This document shows, in pieces, positions 1-10,609 of a DNA stretch of 64,000 nt (positions are counted from its first letter, which is position 1; each line of letters begins with the position of its first letter). The DNA is from Macrostomum lignano (taxonomy: Eukaryota), in assembly GCA_002269645.1 (NCBI GenBank), contig NIVC01000581.1, positions 372,001 to 436,000 of the forward strand, in the 5' to 3' direction. The position numbers and the translations under genes were made by a program. Under the pieces are notes generated by a model, which saw only the letters and a program-made list of their open reading frames with translations, was not told where the DNA came from and did no database searches.

Positions 1-275
1 TAGATTTTCTCATAGAATTTCTCGCATTAGACTCTCTCAGTCCTTGGACTCTCTCACCTTTAACTCTCACCTTGGACTCTCTCACCTTGGACTCTCTCAC
101 CTTGGACTCTCTCACCTTGGACTCTCTCACCTTTAACTCTCGCCTTGGACTCTCTCACCTCGGACTCTCTCACCTTGGACTCTCTCACCTTGGACTCTCA
201 CCTTAGATTTTCTCATAGAATTTCTCGCATTAGACTCTCTCAGTCCTTGGGTTCTCTCACCCCGGACTCTCTTGC
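1..275. repeat. Degenerate ~15-bp tandem repeat (CCTTGGACTCTCTCA)
   Basis: The unit is visible repeatedly. A ~47-bp non-unit segment (TAGATTTTCTCATAGAATTTCTCGCATTAG...) occurs at both 1 and 204. Confidence 0.9.
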
Positions 276-853
276 CCTGGACTCCTCCACATGAAACTCG
301 CCTCCGGCTCAGGCTGGGCTCTCCTCAGAGACGGCTTGCCGATCGCGCAGAAAATTCGCTACGGCCGATCGCCTCCCAAATGCGGAGCCACCTGGCATTT
401 GTCAGGCATTCTGCATTGCTCAGTCAGGCGCAAATCAATTTCGCCGAGGACAAAAGCGCTCGATTTCAGGCCTTCCGCCCACTGCTCAGTCCAATCTGTC
501 AATCACAGCCTGTCTCGCACAGGCTTCTGCAAATCTCAAGAATCAGCCTCAGCCACCTGTAATTTCTGCATTGAAAACTGAATTCATGGCTTGCTCATTA
601 ATTTGGGATCCCCATCCCATTGTTCCCGGCCACTCGGCCGTGGCTCCGGCACAATATGAAGGAACCGCACCGGCCGCCTCCACTGCCTCCCATGCCGACC
701 GCCTGCAGCAAACATTCATTGACGGCCTGAGCTCTGCAATTCAGCATCGAATCCACCTGCGACTTCCGGCTCGACTCAAAGATGTGAGCTTGTTTTAGAA
801 AGAGGGATGTTCATGGACCATCTGCTGTGTGCTGTGGTTTCTTGTCACATCTC

Positions 854-1150
854 CCTATCTGACACACTGGACCCTATCTGACACACTGGACCCTATCTGA
901 CACACTGGACCCTATCTGACACACTGGACCCTATCTGACACACTGGACCCTATCTGAAACACTGGACCCTATCTGACACACTGGACCCTATCTGACACAC
1001 TGGACCCTATCTGACACACTGGACCCTATCTGACACACTGGACCCTATCTGAAACACTGGACCCTATCTGACACACTGGACCCTATCTGACACACTGGAC
1101 CCTATCTGACACACTGGACCCTATCTGACACACTGGATCCTATCTGACAC
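854..1150. repeat. 19-bp minisatellite (CTATCTGACACACTGGACC)
   Basis: About 15 near-perfect copies ending just 5' of the prohormone-like ORF. Confidence 0.95.
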
Positions 1151-1191
1151 AAGCAAGCCATCCGCCCAGTTCGAGTTTCCAGCCCGGCATA

Positions 1192-1797
1192 ATGACGGCA
1201 TTGTCGGGCTCAGCGGGCCAGGTGCTGCTGCTGCTGCTGCTGTCCGCCGCTGCCACGTCGGCCAACGCGCAACCCCCGCCGGCGCCGATGCCCGCCTCCA
1301 TGGCTGCGTCGGCCGCCGTGGGCCGGAAGGGCTCACCTCCGCTGACTTCAGCAGCCGCGGTGGTGGCGGCCGACCTGCAGGACGCTGCGCCCTGGGACGA
1401 GGATGACGCGCTCGCTGAACTTGGCGACGCGGTCGAAATCGACGACGATGAGGATGTCGGGGATCGCCTCAGACGTCGAGCAGCCAACGAGCCAACGAAA
1501 AGCGGCGAGAGCGGCGGTGGCGGCGGCGGCGACTGCCAGCTGCTGATGGCCGGGCGCGATGTGCGTCGCCGAATGTCCCGGTCGGAGCTGCGCCGGCTGC
1601 TGGGCCGGCTGGTGAAGGAGCACCACGCCTTCCACCTGCCCGGCAAGCGCGTTGGCGGACGGGGCCGCCCGCTGTGCCGCTACGGCAAGCGCGGCCAGTG
1701 GCGACCCTGCAGCCTGCACTACAAGCGGCTGCAGAGCCGGCGGCCCTACGCCTATCACTGGCCGATCATGAACATCCTGGGCGGCGCGCTCGGCTAG
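1192..1797 (+). CDS. Secreted prohormone/neuropeptide precursor-like protein (201 aa, single coding exon)
   Basis: Hydrophobic signal peptide (VLLLLLLSAAATSANA-Q), an acidic spacer, an RLRRR furin-type site, then G-KR, G-KR and KR dibasic sites delimiting short peptides. GC-rich coding-like codon usage; a pyrimidine-rich AG lies 9 nt upstream of the ATG. Confidence 0.7.
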   Translation: MTALSGSAGQVLLLLLLSAAATSANAQPPPAPMPASMAASAAVGRKGSPPLTSAAAVVAADLQDAAPWDEDDALAELGDAVEIDDDEDVGDRLRRRAANEPTKSGESGGGGGGDCQLLMAGRDVRRRMSRSELRRLLGRLVKEHHAFHLPGKRVGGRGRPLCRYGKRGQWRPCSLHYKRLQSRRPYAYHWPIMNILGGALG

Positions 1798-1854
1798 CCG
1801 CGCTTTCCGCGGGCAAATCAGCTGTGGGATTGACCGGACCTTTTTACTGAGCAA

Positions 1855-2345
1855 CTTAGTCTAGGCTTGACCATCCGTTCTCCCAGACTCCACCAAATAG
1901 GTTCGATTCCCCTCCTCCTAAACCTTTGACCCACCTCATAACTGGACCCATCTTCTCATGCATGTACATGTAGGTTGACCCGCTTCCCCTTAGCCTTGAA
2001 TCATCTCCTAGGCTTGACCCGCTTCCCCCTAGGCTTGACCCATCTTCTTGTAGGTTTGACCCGCTTCCCCTATAAGCCAGCTTCTTTAAGGTTTGATCTA
2101 CCTTCTTCCAGTCTTGACCCACTTTCTTCTAGGTTTGGCTCACTTTTTAGGCTTGACTCACCTATTAGACTTGACCCAGTTTTTAGGCTTGAATCACCTA
2201 GGTTTGACTCATTTTCTAGGTTTGACCCACCTGGGCTTGGCAGACTTTCTAGGTTTGGTCCACCTACTAGGCTTGACCCCCTTTTTCAAGGCTTGACCCA
2301 CCTCGTATAGTTTCAACCACCTTCTAAGGCCTGAACCACACCTTT
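1855..2345. repeat. Degenerate tandem repeat built on AGGCTTGACCC
   Basis: The motif recurs at irregular spacing downstream of the prohormone stop codon. Confidence 0.8.
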
Positions 2346-2684
2346 GGCTTGACCCGCAGGATTTTCTCCCTTGCTTGTAAAATCTCAGTGGCTTGATTCT
2401 ATCTTCAATCTATAGGCTTGAAATCTTTTTGCAAGACCACATGTAAAAGCAGCTGTACACGTATTTGAACGGCCCACCCTCTCCCAACCCGATTTGGACA
2501 AGCCCTGCAGACTGACTGGCGCGGACCGGCCGCCCCGTGGCAGATAAAATACAATGCAATGCATGGCTGGCATTCCGCACTGCGGACTCGATTCATCTGG
2601 CAGCCACGATGCTCTCACAGCTCCGCCTCTTTGTCTCGCGTTTGCACAGCCAGCGATTTGATGTGGCCTCTCCCATGTATCCCA

Positions 2685-3350
2685 GCATCCCTTGTTCTCC
2701 CACACAGCATCTCTCCCACCCAGCATCTCCTGCTCTCCCGCACCCTGCATCTCCTCTCCCACCCAGCATCTCTTGCTCTCCCACTCTGCATCTCCTGCTC
2801 TCTTACCCAGCATCTCCTCTCCCACCCTGCATCTCCTGCTCTCCCACCCAGCATCTCCTACTCTCCCACCCAGCATCTCCTGCTCTCCCACCCAGCAATC
2901 TCCTGCTCTCCCACCCAGCATCTCCTACTCTCCCACCCAGCAATCTCCTGCTCTCCCACCCAGCATCTCCTCTCCCACCCTGCATCTCCTGCTCTCCCAC
3001 CCAGCATCTCCTACTCTCCCACCCAGCAATCTCCTGCTCTCCCACCCAGCAATCTCCTGCTCTCCCACCCAGCATCTCCTGCTCTCCCACCCTGCATCTC
3101 CTCTCCCACCCTGCATCTCCTGCTACCCACCCAGCAATCTCCTGCTCTCCCACCCAGCATCTCCTGCTCTCCCACCCTGCATCTCCTCTCCCACCCTGCA
3201 TCTCCTGCTACCCACCCAGCAATCTCCTGCTCTCCCACCCAGCATCTCCTGCTCTCCCACCCTGCATCTCCTCTCCCACCCTGCATCTCCTGCTCTTCCA
3301 CCCAGCATCTCCTCTCCCACCCAGCACCTCCTCCTCTCCGACCCAGCACC
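2685..3350. repeat. Pyrimidine-rich minisatellite (CCCAGCATCTCCTGCTCTCCCA and variants)
   Basis: Visible tandem units; they explain the many overlapping low-complexity ORFs here. Confidence 0.9.
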
Positions 3351-4337
3351 TCCCTTCTCCACCAGCTGCTCCGCAAGCAGCAGTGCAAATGAGTAACAAA
3401 TCAAAAAGCCCCGGGTGCCAGGACCAGCTCAAGTAGTTGCCCGGGACTGCCCAGGCACTGATATGCCTCCAATGCTAATTAGTTTATTCTGAAATTGACT
3501 AGATGGCTAGCAAAGCTTTGCATTAGAATGACGAGGCAGCAAGGGTGCAGAGGTTAATCAGGTGACCTCATGGATATCCAGTGGGTGCTCGATAATCAAT
3601 CAGTAAAACAATTGCTGAGGAACTGTTAAGTAGTGGCTGGGAGATGAAACAGCAAACAGGCTTACTGTATAGCTAATCCGAGCAGTTCACAAAAGTTCGT
3701 TGTCGCCTGATAAATACGGACAGAATGCGCCTGACTAGAGAGTAACGATATAAGTAGTATAGAGAGCAAACTAGTAGATAAAACTGAGTGATAAATAAAA
3801 GTGTAGCGAACAGAGCAATGCTATCGTGGCCAGGGAGCGGCATCCATGCGGATTTTCCTATTATGCTGATGCGGTGGCGGCTCTGTGGCAGTGAGGCTGC
3901 TGCTTTCCAGGGTACAGGAATAATAATAACCATAGTCGTAGCAGCAATAATAATAATAATATCTGTTATAATAAAAGAAAACAAGGAAAAGCTACCGACA
4001 AATAAATTACAGACAAAAAAAATTACGACGGCTGATGGAGAAAAAGCGACTACTGCAGATTCTCGCAGCAATAATATGCATTACAGGTGTAAGCTAACAG
4101 AGGGGATTAAATAAAACCGATTAGCTCAAGAAGAACTGAGAATAATTAAAGTGTTTAAACTGCTCAACATAAAACGGGTAATTAAAAACAGTCTGCGGAT
4201 TTTCCTATGCGCTCTGGCAGGGCCAGGAGAACCCAATGCCAGGCCAGTGAGACATGACTGGTAAGCAAGAGCTCCTGCGGCGGGAATGGAGGATGACCAA
4301 AGCTGAGGAAGGCTAGAGAAGAGATTGGAGAGAAGGT

Positions 4338-4515
4338 ACAGACAGACAGATAGATAGACAGACAGGCAGACAGACAGACAGGCAGATAGACAGACAGACA
4401 GACAGACACACAGACAGACAGACAGACAGATAGATAGACAGACAGGCAGACAGACAGACAGGCAGATAGACAGACAGACAGACAGACAGGCAGACACACA
4501 GACAGGCAGATAGGC

Positions 4516-4576
<61 letters not shown>

Positions 4577-4585
4577 GGCAGGCAG
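4338..4585. repeat. (CAGA)n microsatellite
   Basis: Visible directly; lies just 3' of the synaptogyrin stop codon. Confidence 0.95.
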
Positions 4586-4635
4586 GAGCAGTCCAACAGA
4601 GCAGCGAGCACTCAGGTCACCTAGTCAGTGCCGCC

Positions 4636-7600
4636 TCAGTAGGCGGGCGGCTGGAACTGCTGGCCGCCGCCGAAGTCTCCCCCACCGCCTCCGGCGCCGA
4701 ACGGAGGCTGCTGGAAGCCACCACCCGGGGCTCCGCCGACTCCACCACCGACTCCGCCGCCGACTCCGCCGCCGACTCCGCCGCTACCATCTGCGCCGGC
4801 GATCTGGCTCTCGATCTGGGTACAGATGGGATGAGGCGGTGGGTAGGGTTCGTGAAATTCTCGGCGAGACTGGCACCCCAACCATGTCCTAAACACGGAG
4901 TGGCACCCCAACCATGCCATAAACCCGGACTGGCACCCCAACCATGCCATAAACCCGGACTGGCACCCCAACCATGCCCTAAACACGGAGTGGCACCCCA
5001 ACCATGCCATAAACCCGGACTGGCACCCCAACCATGCCCTAAACCCGGACTGGCACCCCAGCCAGCCCCAGACCCGGACTGGCACCGCCCGCATTCATCA
5101 GTGCACCGATCCGCTCACCTGGTCGGAAGTCTGGAAGGCGCCCTGCGCGCCCATGCGGAATTTCTGAAAAGCAAAGAAGGCCAGCGCGCCGAAGCTGGCG
5201 ATGGAGAAGAAGGAGAAGGCGATGCTGGCGCGCACGTTGGAGGCCTGCCACGGCTTCACGTCGTTGATGAGGATGAACTCCTCGGAGGTGGTGGTCCACT
5301 TGTTGGTGAGGTAGCAGAAGGCCACGAAATAAAAGAAGGCCCAGGCAGCTGCGGGAGTTGAAGGCGCCAGGCAATGAAAAGTATTTTTATGTCATTGAAA
5401 AGCTTGGCATGCAGACAGCAAAACAAGCGAAAAGTTTTCAACGAAATTTTAAATTGATGTTCTCGTAGCAGCTGCTGACCCAACTCCCGCGGTAAATTTG
5501 CGGGAAATTCAGGACCTCTTTGTGTACTTTGTGTGCCTGAACTGCTCGGCTCGGGTGCGGTAATACTTAGAGTATTTCAGTGTTTATACTACTTTAAGTA
5601 GGCTTTTCTATCAAACGGAACCCATTTTCTAACGGCCATAGGTCTGGCAGTAGCCAGGCAATCTGACAAGAGTACCGAAGGCGACTACACTTTCATTCAC
5701 ACTCATCCCAGATTCACCCTGCATGCTGGCATTCACACCCATCCCAGATTCACCCTGCATGCTGGCATTCACACCCATCCCAGATTCACCCTGCATGCTG
5801 GCATTCACACCATCCCAGATTCACCCTGCATGCTGGCATTCACACTCATCCCAGATTCACCCTGCATGCTGGCATTCACACCCATCCCAGATTCACCCTG
5901 CATGCTGGCATTCACACCATCCCAGATTCACCCTGCATGCTGGCATTCACACTCATCCCAGATTCACCCTGCATGCTGGCATTCACACCCATCCCAGATT
6001 CACCCTGCATGCTGGCATTCACACCCATCCCAGATTCACCCTGCATGCTGGCATTCACACTCATCCCAGATTCACCCTGCATGCTGGCATTCACACCCAT
6101 CCCAGATTCACCCTGCATGCTGGCATTCACACCCATCCCAGATTCACCCTGTAACTCACCAGAAAAGCCGAGATCGCCAATGACAAGAAACTTGCGATGC
6201 TGCACGGAGGACAGCTTCTCGAACAGCACATCACCCAGCAGAAACAGGATGCAGGCAATGAAGGCGAACACGCCAACAAAGATGCCAAAGCCGCAAGCAT
6301 TCTTGTCGCCTTTCATGATGCAAACATCTTCTACATAGCCTCCACTGCTGATGCAGCCAAATACAATCACAGCAAAAAACTGCAAGCCAGATGATGATTG
6401 AAGATCAAATAATTTCTTACATTCAAATGAATCTAGAAATCTCTTTCATAGACTTCAAGTGTTTCTGTACTACCATTTTATTATAATTTATGATTGTTAT
6501 AGTTGACTGCATTACTATTAGGCCCCTAGTGACAATCAATAAATGATTATATACTAGGATTGACCCAATAGCAGTGTTGGGCACCGTTAATGAAAATCTT
6601 AACTTCCGTTAATAGCAAAAGCGTTAGCGTTAAAACAAAAAAATCTTAACTTTTTAACTCCTAATTTCGTTAAGTTAACTGAAAGTTAACTGATAATTGT
6701 TAATAAGCATTAATCCGTTCAAGTTAACACAGAAAATATGGAAATCTTGCACATTTTTTCCAAAACAGACTTCATAATGCACGTCTTTGCTATTCCATCT
6801 TTTTAGCGAAACACAGAAGTCATTGAAGCGATTTGAAAGCTAAAAAAGTAATAAATAATCATTTTAAAAACTTGCATGCATAATACTACTAAAAGTAAAG
6901 CATATGGTAAAAAAGTAACTTATTTTATTTGAAACTTAAAAGCTAATAATGAGAAATTCATAATTAAATATGCATAGGAAGGTTGTTTCAGTACCATTAG
7001 CAGGCGCAGCAGAAAGTTGCGAAAGATTGGGACAGAAGTGAATCAAAGCAATCAATGCTCACGCACAAGAAATAAAGTTTCACACTATTTTAATTCATTA
7101 TTTTAAAGTTTATTCGTAAGAAGTTTTTAATTACTTGTACATCTGTATGATCATCATCATAAAAAAGAGATTATATTTAGGCATATAGGTAAGCTCAAAT
7201 ACGTTTGTAATGTTTAAACTTCTTGTAAGACTTCTATTTTTCATTCCTTCTTTGTATCTTTGGTCATTGACATAGACACTACCATTAATGATGAATTTAT
7301 CGTTAATTCACAAATTTTTAATGCAAATTTGTTAATCCATTAGTTCAAAAAAATCTTAACGACAGTCTGTTAATGTTAATTAAAAATCTTAACACTTATT
7401 AATGCTTATTAATGGATTAACACTTATTAACGGACTGGTGCCCAACACTACCCAATAGTAAAACAGCTGTTCAAGCCAGCATGTGAAATAAGTAAATAGA
7501 AAGTTTATTAATGTTTAACTAGACTCTGATGGGAAGTAATTTAACGAACGAACCTTGAAGATTGCCTAAATATTGAATGCTAAACCTATTGAACATATTT

Positions 7601-7907
7601 TAATGCATAACTTTAGCTAATTTGTTTCCCTCTAATGTGCAACAGTACCAGTTTAGGAAATTTTAGGAAAAATATATTAGGCACTTCGGTATACTGGAAC
7701 AGGAAACAATGCCTTCAGTTTTATATCTACTGCACACCTATATGGCCGTAGGCGTATCATATCATACATACATATTTTGTAGCAGCTTACCCAAGAGACA
7801 AGACGAAGGATAGTTGTAGGTCGCTTTATAAATTCAAGTGGATCGAACGCGAAGCCGAAACCTTGTGCTTTTCCAGCACCATACGCGCCATCGGTATTAT
7901 TATCCAT
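4636..7907 (-). CDS. SYNGR: Synaptogyrin (MARVEL-domain four-TM vesicle protein), 248 aa, 4 exons
   Basis: Exons 7907-7791, 6379-6160, 5348-5119, 4815-4636, all GT/AG with consistent phase (747 nt). Family-typical segments: GAYGAGKA..FDPLEFIKRPTTILRLVSWFFAVIVFGCIS, NACGFGIFVGVFAF, DLGFS..WAFFYFVAFCYLTNKW, RASIAFSFFSI, and a Gly/Gln/Pro tail ending PPAY. Confidence 0.95.
4868..5085. repeat. 30-bp minisatellite in synaptogyrin intron 3
   Basis: GGACTGGCACCCCAACCATGCCATAAACCC, about 7 copies. Confidence 0.95.
5690..6150. repeat. 36-bp minisatellite in synaptogyrin intron 2
   Basis: CATCCCAGATTCACCCTGCATGCTGGCATTCACACC, about 13 copies, abutting the donor at 6159. Confidence 0.95.
6572..7450. 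mobile_element. Non-autonomous hAT-type DNA transposon (MITE) in synaptogyrin intron 1
   Basis: Terminal inverted repeats CAGTGTTGGGCACC ... GGTGCCCAACACTA, an exact 8-bp TSD CCCAATAG at 6564-6571 and 7451-7458, many subterminal GTTAA/TTAAC motifs, and no ORF. Confidence 0.9.
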
Positions 7908-8940
7908 TTGGTTTCCGTGGAACTAGTTATAAAGTGCAAGTATTATAAATGTCTAGATTCTAACTTTTTTAATTAAACACTAGCTTTCCAGATTACAGCT
8001 ATCCAGATTGCTTTCTTAACAATCTCAGGATGAAAAAATGTGCTAGAACACCTGAGGAATAATGAATATTAAGCGTATTTATGACTTTCGAGTTATCATT
8101 ACCTCATATACTTAAAAGTCTGCTTACTATCTCTGCTACCGAAATACTAAAAAGTATTGAAATCAAATACTAGCAACCAATCATTTAAACCGTATAACAA
8201 AAAATACATTTAGGCTAAGTAGAAAACAAAAAAAAATAAAGAGAGCACGCCTATTTATTTTAATAATATTGCTTTGCTTCATATCGTTTTTTAAATAGTA
8301 AGCTTGATTTGTTCTAACTTTCACGGAATCTTCAACGGCTGGCTTCAAGATCTGACTGTTATTTGTTTATTGTTGGTTGATTGATCTGTCAGTGCTTCCT
8401 GTCCTATGACAGGACCAAGGACTACTCACATAAGTAAAAAGACGGGAAACTAGGTTTCTAGAAATCTTAGGAGGCTGATTTTACTGAAAAATACATTACG
8501 GAAATATAGGCCCTATGATTTTCATTTTCAGCACAAAATTTGTTGATTTAGATAGGAGGCAGACCCAGTGTTTAACTTTTAATATGTATTCTTTAAGTTC
8601 TATTGACTTACTCATCTCATAGTTCTACTCATAAAGCTTTTCATTTAGAAAATTATGATTCTTTGTTATTTGTATTTCCTACATGTATCTTTTAGAAAGA
8701 AAAAGAAAGAGAAAGAGAGAATTTTAAAAGAAAGAAAGGACATTAAAGTCTAAGCCAATAAGAAAAAAAAATTAATTTCAAAGCAAAATATGGCTTGTAA
8801 AGCTATGTAACCTATGTTGTAACAATAACAAGGTAAATTATTGGGGAATAGTAATAAAATTTATGTAGTAATCAAATTAGCTTTCTTAGCACAACATTAG
8901 TAATACTAAGGGCCTTGAATTGGGATTAATAGAATATCTT

Positions 8941-10268
8941 CAGTGTTGGGCAAGTTACTTTGAAAAAGTTCTGGTTAAGTAATTTCCGGTTCCAAGGAAA
9001 GTAACTTTTGGCACTTGTTCCAATACTAGTACTTTTTATAAAAAGTAACCTCCAGTACTTTTGTTACCAATACCAGTCCTTTATTTTAATAAAGAACAGC
9101 CAATTAACAAGTGCTCAAACATGTCTTTGTGAACAAAGCAAAAATTATTTGTTGGTCAAGACATGCTGTTATTCCTCAAAAAAGATGCTACATAATATTT
9201 TTTATTGTATCCAAAATTTGAGTGGATAAACAAAACCTTTACAAAACAAGGATTAGTAGCATCTGATATATCAAGATGCTACACTTGCGATTTGTAGAAA
9301 AAAATTTGGAGGCTGATTTTCAAATGTTGATTCTGACTTTTCAGAAGTATGAATGAAGATAATTTTTGTCCAATAGAATAGGTATATCACAATGAGCAGA
9401 ATACTTCTTCAGATAACTTTTAGTTTTTGTGGGTCATCTTGTCCCTATACTAATATTGTGCTGTAGTTTTAAAACAGCTATACTTTTATAGTAGTGTAAG
9501 TGTACTTTTGCATAGCTGACTCATTTAGAATCAATGATAATCTTCTGGCAGCCTTGGAAATGCCAGTTAACAATTAAGAAAAAAGATACCAAGACAACAA
9601 ATGGATGGAATTTGATAGATGGACCAATGCACAAGATTTAAAATAACTTGATTAGTGTGCCATATGCTGCAATCAGAAAATTATAATTAGCCTCATAAGA
9701 GTTAAAAGTCAAAATGCTCTTTAAATGCATCATTTTTAGAATGCATCATTTGTGTCGTCCTGTATGAACATTGAAAATAAAGAAATTGGCCTTCAAAAGA
9801 TTTTCTACAAATCATGTGTGTAGTATCCTCATATACTGCTAGTTATCCTTGTTAGATCGAAATCTGTTGTTAAAGGACGTTTATTGTTTTGAAAGTGTCT
9901 TGTTTTAGCATTAGTAGTTACCAATAATTACTTAATTCTATGATTTTAGGATGCTTAAAATGTGCTTTAACTGAAAAGATAAAAACCACACAAACTAGGA
10001 TCATTTCTTTTTTACCTTTTTATTTTATAATTGTACTATGAGTATTTTGGTCAAAGTTTTGCACTTTTGGGAAATATTTAGTGCTAAATTGGCTGTTTGG
10101 CAGCTAAAATTTCATTTTAAAGTGCCAGAGGACTGGACTTATCAAAAAGTAACTTCCGTTACCCTAGTCCGGCATTCTGAAAAAAAGAACTGGAAAAAAG
10201 TGCCATTTTAAAAAAAGTAACTTCTGGTACTAAAAGTGCCATAAGTGCTGGAACTTTGCCCAGCACTG
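8941..10268. mobile_element. Non-autonomous hAT-type DNA transposon (MITE) between synaptogyrin and the Macro-TIR gene
   Basis: TIRs CAGTGTTGGGCAA ... TTGCCCAGCACTG, an exact 8-bp TSD AATATCTT at 8933-8940 and 10269-10276, and subterminal AAGTAAC motifs. Confidence 0.9.
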
Positions 10269-10609
10269 AATATCTTATATACTAGTTGAGGGCAATAGGC
10301 CTCCATATGGATGATATGGCTTGCTAGTTGAAGTATTTATCTACAGAATGTTTCCCTAATCACTAGTGACTAGGTAATTGCAGCTTTAAATGCACTGGAG
10401 ACTATATCTAGATAGCTAATTTTGATAGTAGCTTGTAGCAAGACCAATAGTAGCTTGTATTAATACTTTGCTCTGCTCAAGTAACTATATAATTGTTCTA
10501 GCTTGAAGTTTTGACCTTAGTTGGCTAGGTTTTAATAATGCAGAATAATATATTACTTTGCCTACTGCCTATACCCATTGCATTAATTACTTCAGTGCAC
10601 CTGATTAAA

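Noticed and set aside
2385-3436. Many overlapping ORFs, and a possible minus-strand two-exon gene ending ...EQLVEKG/GHIKSLAVQTRDKEAEL*
   Set aside because: The ORFs are minisatellite read-throughs. The candidate exons have poor acceptors, no start and no recognisable homology; the region may be synaptogyrin 3' flank.
4126-4611. (LSVC)n ORFs
   Set aside because: Translation of the (CAGA)n microsatellite.
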